Shown in pieces: positions 57,414 to 64,000 of a stretch of DNA of 64,000 nucleotides; within the stretch, counting starts at the first letter, position 1, and the number at the start of each line of letters is the position of its first letter. The translations under genes and the position numbers were made by a program. The stretch comes from Hyaloraphidium curvatum SAG 235-1 (lineage: Eukaryota > Fungi > Monoblepharomycota): the NCBI GenBank assembly GCA_025558095.1, contig JAIVFI010000012.1, positions 722,497-786,496 of the forward strand, written 5' to 3'. The notes beneath the pieces are model-generated. The model searched no databases. It saw only the letters and a program-made list of their open reading frames with translations, and was not told the DNA's origin.

Positions 57414-58355
57414 ATGCCGGCGGCAGTCAGCGTGCCCACCGCGCGGCGGCAGCCCGCGGCCCCGGCCCGGCAACCCCAGACCATCCCCCGACAGCATACC
57501 GCTCCCCCCGGCATAGCGAATTTCCAGGCGGTCGCCTCGGCTGCCCTGGCAGGCCTCCGGGCCGAACTGGACGCCGCCCGGTCTCAGATCGACTACGAGC
57601 GCGCCGAGGCGGCGCGTGCGCGGGAGGCGCTGGCCCGCGAGCGGGACACTTTTGTGCGGGAGCGCGAGGCGGTGCAGCGCGAGATCCACGCCGAGCGCGC
57701 CGCCGCCGCCGCGGTGCTCGCTGCCGCCCGCGGAGAGGCCGAGGCGCTGCGGGCGGCGCTCGCCGACACGCACTCGCAGCTGGCGGTCGCGCGGGCGGGG
57801 CTGCTCGAGGCGTCGCACGCGCTGGACGAGGGCGCGGAGAGGCTCGGCCGCGCGCAGACGGAGCTGTGGCACGAGAGGGCGCACCACAAGGACACTGCCG
57901 CGGAGCTGAGGGACGAGCAGGCGACGGCGTTCGCGATGCGCAAGCGGCTCGAGGCGGCGGAAGCCAGGGCGGCCGACGCAGAGGCGGAGGCGTTCGAGGG
58001 CGCGCGGGCGCTCGAGGCCGAGAGGCGGGCGCACGCAGAGACGAGCAGGCTGCTCGAGGACTACCGCGCCGCCAAGATGGCGTCCATCTCGCGGGCTTCG
58101 GACGACGAGAGGACGGTGGCGGACCGCGAGGCCGATGCGGATGCAGGCGACGATGAAGATGAGGGCAGCCACGTGACCGTGGACTCGCTGGCGGAGGAGG
58201 AGGAGCGGCCGACCGTCGCCGCCAGCGATGCGCAAAGCGTCGACGGGGACACGGCGGCCGCGTGGCGCAGGCGGCTTGCGCAGGTCGAAGCCAAGCTGGA
58301 CGCCAGGGCGCGCCGTTCGAGGTCGCTGGCCTCGCACCGCAGCTACACCGGCTGA
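57414..58355 (+). CDS. Coiled-coil protein of unknown function
   Basis: Long A/E/R-rich heptad pattern with coding-like GC3; the start is uncertain. Confidence 0.55.
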   Translation: MPAAVSVPTARRQPAAPARQPQTIPRQHTAPPGIANFQAVASAALAGLRAELDAARSQIDYERAEAARAREALARERDTFVREREAVQREIHAERAAAAAVLAAARGEAEALRAALADTHSQLAVARAGLLEASHALDEGAERLGRAQTELWHERAHHKDTAAELRDEQATAFAMRKRLEAAEARAADAEAEAFEGARALEAERRAHAETSRLLEDYRAAKMASISRASDDERTVADREADADAGDDEDEGSHVTVDSLAEEEERPTVAASDAQSVDGDTAAAWRRRLAQVEAKLDARARRSRSLASHRSYTG

Positions 58356-58503
58356 AGTAAAGAACGACCGGCGATGTACAGGACTGGAACGAGGTCGGAT
58401 GTATAGGCCAAAACTTGCCATCAATCCTGCTATCGCGTCCGCCGTCCGGCCCCGACTTCCATTCCAGGCCAGCACCGCATCGTGCCTCCGCCGCCACCGA
58501 CCT

Positions 58504-60108
58504 TCAATCCACCGGCCCCGGCACCGCCTCCGCCGTCACCCACGGCCCCTCCCCCTCCGGCGTCCCCTCCACCCCCCTCCTCCCCTCCAAGAACGCCCGC
58601 CAATCCCCCTCGCCCATGCCCCCGTCCACCCACGCGGGCCACTCCACGAACCAGCCCTGCCGCACCTCCCACTCGTCCCCGCCGTCCGCGACGAACCGCA
58701 GCCTGCCCGCCATCCACCTGACGGGGTCCGCGCCGGGGTCCGGGAACGCCCGCGGGCCGGGGAGCGGCGAGTCGGCGTACCCGTTGGCCACGCTCACGGC
58801 TTCCCACTCCGGTTGCTGCGGGGTGAGCGTGGGGATGCCGCCGACGAGCTGTCCGGGGTCTTCCTCGACGCGGCCCGAGGAGGCGTAGGCGAACGTCCAC
58901 CACCGCCCCGCGAGGGTGACGGACGAGTAGGGGCACGAGGGGAGCAGCGAGAGGCGCAGGCGGAACGCGTGGCGGCCGCACGTCCCGGCGTCGGGTTCCA
59001 GCAGCGGGAAGGTGGAGATGGCCGCGAGCACGCCGCGGGATTCCGCCCGGGCGGTGTAGGGGCCTCGCGTGGGGAACGGGGACGGCCGGCCGCCGGGGCA
59101 TTCCAGCGTGCCGGACTCGAGGTCCGCCACCCATTGCGCGAGGAAGGAAGTGAACGGCCCCCGGTCGAGGAACCGCCCCGACCTCGCGCCGTTGGGGCCG
59201 AGGTCGACCATCGCCACCCTGTGCCGCAGGAAGGCCAGCCTCCTCGGGGTGTCGACCACGATGGCGAGGTTCAATGCGGTCGAGGGGCAAAAGGCAAAGA
59301 TGGCCGCCGTCAGCCCGCCCGGCAGGGGCATCGCGTGCAGGCGGGACATGGGCACCAGGGAGAGCGAGCGCGTGGTGATGCCCGTGCGGAAGGCGCCAAA
59401 GAGCCCGTGGTCGCGGGGCATCCCCGGGCCGCCGGCGGGGCGGTGCTGGCCGTCCGCGAAGGAGTAGAAGAGGGCAAATGCGCGGGCTTCGGGGTCCCGG
59501 GGGGCGTGCGGGAGGAGGTCCAGCACCGCGGCGTGCGGGGGCCGGGTGCGCAGCACGGGGAGGGGGGTGGGGGGGCCGAGGGAGGCGAAGGTGCGGGGGG
59601 CGTGCAGGGAGAGGTGCCGGTGCAGGCGGCGCAAGAGGGGCCGCACGGCAAAGTGCGCGTCGAGGAAGCCGGCGTGGTCAGCGGCAAAGACGGCGAAGGA
59701 GGAGCGCAGGCGCGGGCCGTCGGCGAGGGAGGACGCGTCGCCCAGCGTGGTCTCGAGGTCGGGAGGGTCCCACGCCTCGAGGAGGCGCCGCCAGAGCACC
59801 GCGTCGTCCCACAGCGCGGAACGCGTGGCGCGGCACGCCGCCGACAGGGTGACGACGTCGCCGAACGCGGGCACCAGCATCGCGGCAACTTTGCAGATAA
59901 GTTCGGGAGGCAGGTCGGCCAGGCCGGGCCGCGGCGGCAGCCCCAGCAGCGCGCGCAGCTCGGATATCTCCTCGAGCACGAGCCGGTGCTCCTCCAGCCG
60001 CGCCGCCGTCGGCGACCGCGCGGCATCGGCGACGGCCTCGTGGGCTTCATTCTGCGCGCGGAGGGCCGCGTTCAGGCGGCGGTAGAGTGTGTCGAGGCGG
60101 TCTTCCAT
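58504..60108 (-). CDS. F-box + SMI1/KNR4-like + ApaG-like protein (FBXO3/SKIP16-type), intact and intronless
   Basis: LADLPPELI, DDAVLWRR, ADGQ...GLFGAF, AFRLRL...RWWTF...VGGIPTL and MAGRLRF. Confidence 0.78.
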   Translation of the reverse strand: MEDRLDTLYRRLNAALRAQNEAHEAVADAARSPTAARLEEHRLVLEEISELRALLGLPPRPGLADLPPELICKVAAMLVPAFGDVVTLSAACRATRSALWDDAVLWRRLLEAWDPPDLETTLGDASSLADGPRLRSSFAVFAADHAGFLDAHFAVRPLLRRLHRHLSLHAPRTFASLGPPTPLPVLRTRPPHAAVLDLLPHAPRDPEARAFALFYSFADGQHRPAGGPGMPRDHGLFGAFRTGITTRSLSLVPMSRLHAMPLPGGLTAAIFAFCPSTALNLAIVVDTPRRLAFLRHRVAMVDLGPNGARSGRFLDRGPFTSFLAQWVADLESGTLECPGGRPSPFPTRGPYTARAESRGVLAAISTFPLLEPDAGTCGRHAFRLRLSLLPSCPYSSVTLAGRWWTFAYASSGRVEEDPGQLVGGIPTLTPQQPEWEAVSVANGYADSPLPGPRAFPDPGADPVRWMAGRLRFVADGGDEWEVRQGWFVEWPAWVDGGMGEGDWRAFLEGRRGVEGTPEGEGPWVTAEAVPGPVD

Positions 60109-60400
60109 GGCGTCGAGAGGGGAGGGGTGACGGGGCGGTTGAGATGCGACGCTGGTCCGTCCCACTTCCGGCGGTTCGACCGGCCAGAGAAGTTTTGGCC
60201 GCGATCAATTGTAACGTAACGCTACGAAGCTACTCTCGACAGCTGCCTCTCGATAGGTGCCCCGCCGGGATAGCGAGGGGTTTGGACACCGCGGATGGCC
60301 GATGCCATTCGGGCGAGCCCGGCATCGGCTCCGGACCATCCACGCACCGCGGTGGCGGCAAATCAATATTCCTTTGCTACGAAAACAGTCAGTATCTCCA

Positions 60401-60746
60401 AGTTGAACCCCGCGGCCGCATTGCAGGCGAGGCGCGGGTGTCGGGGCCTGGTCGGCGCTCCCCGGCCGGAGTCCGCCGCCGGCAGGCACCCCGGCGACCA
60501 TCCACCCAAAAGAGTGTTCGAGCGAGGCAAAAGGATGCTGGAGGTTGCGGGAGCTGAACCCCGCGGCCGCATTGCAGGCGAGGCGCGGGTGTCGGGGCCT
60601 GGTCGGCGCTCCCCGGCAGGAGGCCGCCGCCGGCAGGTACCGGCCACCATCCACCCAATAACATGTTCGAGCACCACCCAAAAGCGTGTTCGAGCGAGGC
60701 AAAAGGATGCTGGAGGTTGCGGGAGTTGAACCCGCGGCCTATTGCA
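60401..60746. repeat. Tandem repeat (units of about 151 and 172 bp) containing tRNA-Ala 3'-exon copies
   Basis: agYtgaacccc?gcggcc..attgcag recurs at 60401, 60552 and 60724; gtgttcgagcgaggcaaaaggatgctggaggttgcgggag occurs twice. Confidence 0.88.
60701..60704 (-). terminator. Probable Pol III T-tract terminator of tRNA-Ala
   Basis: TTTT six nt downstream of the tRNA discriminator base. Confidence 0.55.
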
Positions 60747-60795
60747 GATTCGGAGAAGTGCGAAGCAACCGCGCTAACCACTGCGCCAAACCCCC
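60711..60795 (-). tRNA. tRNA-Ala(CGC) with a 12-nt intron (60747-60758)
   Basis: Acceptor stem GGGGGTT/AACCTCC-A with G3:U70; D arm GCGC/GCGC; anticodon stem GTTGC/GCAAT with CGC and the intron after position 37; T arm GCGGG-TTCAACT-CCCGC. Confidence 0.92.
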
Positions 60796-61524
60796 AGAAA
60801 ACGTTTAACCAGCATTTCGGGGCAACAGCGAGATTCGAAAACAAGCAATCGGGCGCAAGTGGAGAGGCCTCGGGGTCCAAGACCGCGAAGCGGATGCGGG
60901 GAGGGCGGGGACGGTGTGTCGGGTCGGGAAACTGCTGTGGATGCTCCGGTTTGGTGGGTTTTGTGATCGGCGCATGTGGGGAGCCGCGGCCATGACTGTA
61001 CCCGGCAGCTCGGCGGACATCTAACCCCTCCCCTCTTCCCCGAATTCAATGTATATGGCGTGACGTGATGTATCGGGGTTGGGGGCCGCTCAGCGCCTGT
61101 GATAGAGATCTGACATGCGGCAGCCTGCCCACGGCGGCGGAACCCTTGCCGCCAAGTCCGCGCCCCGCCTGGCCGCCCGCAACCAGACAGCCTCTGGCGA
61201 CCTTGCAGGACGCGTCTAGAGGTGGGGGCCGTCTTCTCCCCCCCCGGTTCCCCGGAATCGAGTTCCCCCGCGGACCGATCGAGCCGACGGGGGCTGGTGA
61301 GGGGTTCGGCCACGCCGTGGCGACCGCTTGTGCCCGCACCTCCGGGGTTCCGGGGGGCTGGGAAAGGGAGATCGAACGAAGATTTCACACTCGTTGCATC
61401 GGTGATTGTGTGCGGTGGGCGGGGACCCGGGCCGTCAGGGGGTTCGTGGGCCGCGGCCGGAAGGAAGGGCCTCGCTCGCATTCGGCTGCGGCGCCGAGCC
61501 CCTCCCCGCTCCTCCCCCGTCACG

Positions 61525-63016
61525 ATGGCGGCCACCCGCCGCGTCCTCCGCACGCCCGACCCGAGCTCGCGGCCGACGGTTGTGACCTCGTTCCGCCTCA
61601 GCGCGGCCGGGGGCAAGCCCGAGCCGGTCCGCGATCCGCTGCTCCAAAGCCCCGAGGCAGCAGCGAGGGCGCACCGCCGCCTCGCCGAGGAGCGGGCGGC
61701 GCGCAGCCCATCGCGGCGGGCGTCGCCGGGCGGCTCCGCTGGCGGCTCGCCGCGGGCGTCGCCGCGGGCATCGACGGCCGACGACCAGCTGGCCGCCGAC
61801 CTGGCCGCGCTGCTCCTCGGCGCCGGGCCCCCGTCGCCCCGCCTGGACACCGCCTCCAAGAGGGCATCGATCATCTCGGCCGACGGGGGCGGCGGCCGCC
61901 CCGCTGCCCGCACCCCCGCCTCGCTCGCGCACTCCCCGCTGTGCGTGCCCGACGGCGAGCTGCACGTCGACTCGCGCGCCTTCATCGGCCGCGGCGGCTT
62001 CGCGGACGTCTACAAGGGCGAGCTGCGGGGGAAGGAGGTCGCCGTCAAGCTGCTGCGCGGGCCGGGCGGCGGCAGGCTGCTGCTGCCCGCAGAGGTCGAG
62101 GCGTGCTGCGCCGCCCCCGAGCACCCGAATGGTGGGTCCCGCCCGCCCCTCTGGCCCTTCAAGCCCCCTGTGGCTAACCGCCGCCCCGCTCGCCGCCCCT
62201 CCCCATCCAGTCGTTCCGATCCTCGGCTTCCGCCCCTCGCCGCCCCTCATCGTCCTCCCGTACTACCCTGCCGGCTCGCTCGCCGAGCACCTCTCCCGCC
62301 TCGGCTGGCCCCGCGCCGCCGCCCTCCCCCTGCTCCGCGACGCCGCCCTCGGTGCAGCCCACCTGCACGCACACGGCGTCGTGCACGGCGACATCAAGCC
62401 CGCCAACGTGCTCGTGCACCTGCCCCCCGGCGGCGGGGAAGCGACCGCGCTGCTCGCCGACCCGGCGCTGTCGAGGGGGAAGGGGGGCGGGAGGACGATG
62501 CGGTACGCGGCGCCGGAGCTGTTCCGCCTCCGCTCGGCGCCGTCTCCGGCCTCGGACGCCTGGGCGTTCGGGATGGCGTGCTGGGCCGTGCTTTCCGGAG
62601 GCGTGGAGCCCTACGCCCACTGCGCGTACGAGAGGGTGGTGGGTTGCTGCCGTCGCTCGGGCCGCCGGTCGCTCTTGCTGATCTCCATCGCCCGCTTCCA
62701 GCTGATGCGCTCCTACGAGCGCGGCGAGCGCCCTCCGCGCCCCGACCGCGTCCCCGACGCCCTCTGGGACCTCCTCGCAAGGTGCTGGGCCGAGCGGCCC
62801 GCGGAACGGCCCGCGCTTGCCGACGCCGCGGCGACCATCGCGGCGCTCATCGACTCGGGGGCCTTCGACGGGGCCGAGTTCGCCGCCCCTGCGGCGGTCG
62901 GTGCGGACGAGGGGCAGCTGCCGTCGCCTTCGTCCTCCGGCGGTGAGGGCGGCGACGGGGATGGGTCCTCCGTGGACGGAGGGGAGGACGGCGGGGACGC
63001 CTCGGGCGGGAGGTAG
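61525..63016 (+). CDS. TKL-like non-RD kinase or pseudokinase (DFG replaced by DPA); introns 62132-62210 and 62639-62701
   Basis: IGRGGFADV, VAVK, HGDIKPAN, ADPA, YAAPE, DAWAFG and CWAERPAERP; same intron positions as the 3285 kinase. Confidence 0.85.
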
Positions 63017-63856
63017 CGACCGGCGATGGGCGGCGGCGGCGGAAAACGGGGGGCTCTCTTTCTCTTTGTCTGTACCATACTATTACGCTCTGTCTCTTCA
63101 CGAACGATTAGAATGTACGATCAACGAGTGGGAACGGCGGCCGGGGGGTTCCCCCCTTCCCTGGAGGCGCGAATCTGGCAAGAGGTAGTGGCAAGAGGAG
63201 GGGAGAGGCGGCCCTTCGCTCGTCCAAACGGAGGGCAAGTTTTCCGAACGCCGTTCGGAAGACTTGCCATCCCGGACCCGCCACTCCGGACGACCACTGT
63301 GCCCCCCCGGCGATTGCGGACGCCGGTTCCCGGGTACCATTGGCTTGAGCAGGTCCGGCGCTGTCTTCTGCCGGGTGGAGAGCCGGGAGGAAGGCGAAGA
63401 GCCCCGACGCCGGCGAGGAAGGCAGCAGGAGGAGGACGTCCAGTTGGCGGAGCTTCGTCGGTTCCCCCTCCGCCGGGCGCTCGATCCCAGGGTAGAATAG
63501 AGCCTATCGCGCCGTTTTGCATGCGGGGGAAGGACGCCTGACGAGGTCCTGCTCGGGGTGGGGTGAGCCGGCCTCGGGGGAACGGCGCCCTCGTCTTGGG
63601 ACCCTCTCGTGGCGTCGCCGCCCCCTCCCCTCCCCGGCCTCTCCCCGCCTCGGCACCCCCACCAGCTGTAACGCGCCGGCGTCGGGGCAAGGGGGACGGT
63701 GGTCCCCGGCGAGGGAAGACTAGGCGCAGTGCTGTGTAGTGACTCCTCAACGTCGTCAACACAGGTCTTTACGGGTCCCCCGCGCCCCGTCCTGACAGTT
63801 TGACGACGTTCCAACCCTGAATCCACGTTTCCCGTTCCCCGTGACCTCGCCCTCGG

Positions 63857-64000
63857 TTAGGGTTTAGGTTAGGTTAGGTTAGGTTAGGTTAGGTTAGGTT
63901 AGGTTAGGTTAGGTTAGGTTAGGTTAGGTTAGGTTAGGTTAGGTTAGGTTAGGTTAGGTTAGGTTAGGTTAGGTTAGGTTAGGTTAGGTTAGGTTTTAGG
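63857..64000 (+). repeat. Telomeric array (TTAGG)n
   Basis: One TTAGGG (63857-63862), a T, 26 perfect TTAGG units (63864-63993), then TTTTAGG at the sequence end; G-rich strand runs outward. Confidence 0.95.

Noticed and set aside
60401-60746. CRISPR array
   Set aside because: Only 2-3 long units with repeated rather than unique spacers, tRNA-derived, eukaryotic context and no cas genes.
63017-63856. Telomere-associated retroelement or helicase
   Set aside because: No reverse transcriptase, endonuclease or helicase motifs in any frame.

Overview
This window is the last 64 kb of a chromosome arm from a very GC-rich, gene-dense eukaryote, ending in a (TTAGG)n telomere. Short GT-AG introns (mostly about 50-65 nt), a CBM18 protein, a fungal-type sterol glucosyltransferase, a DHA2 MFS transporter and a CtvD-like membrane protein point to a fungus. 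An early-diverging lineage such as a monoblepharid (Hyaloraphidium-like) is my best guess, but that is inference. I can support about 35 protein-coding loci, one intron-containing tRNA-Ala(CGC) and tandem copies of that tRNA's 3' exon. Most long ORFs in the supplied track are antisense or off-frame shadows caused by high GC3. Three F-box/LRR families show birth-and-death evolution, with intact and decayed copies side by side. The strongest candidate for something new is an animal-like sensory and cell-surface toolkit. It includes a complete Cys-less pentameric ligand-gated ion channel, a family usually described as absent from fungi, transcribed divergently from a giant mucin with four circularly permuted F-type-lectin-like repeats. 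It also includes a 7-TM GR/DUF3537-like channel, a signal-peptide-bearing atypical kinase, an EGF mucin, a multi-knottin-like protein and three minimal tetraspanin-like paralogs. All family calls come from reading motifs by eye; no searches were run.
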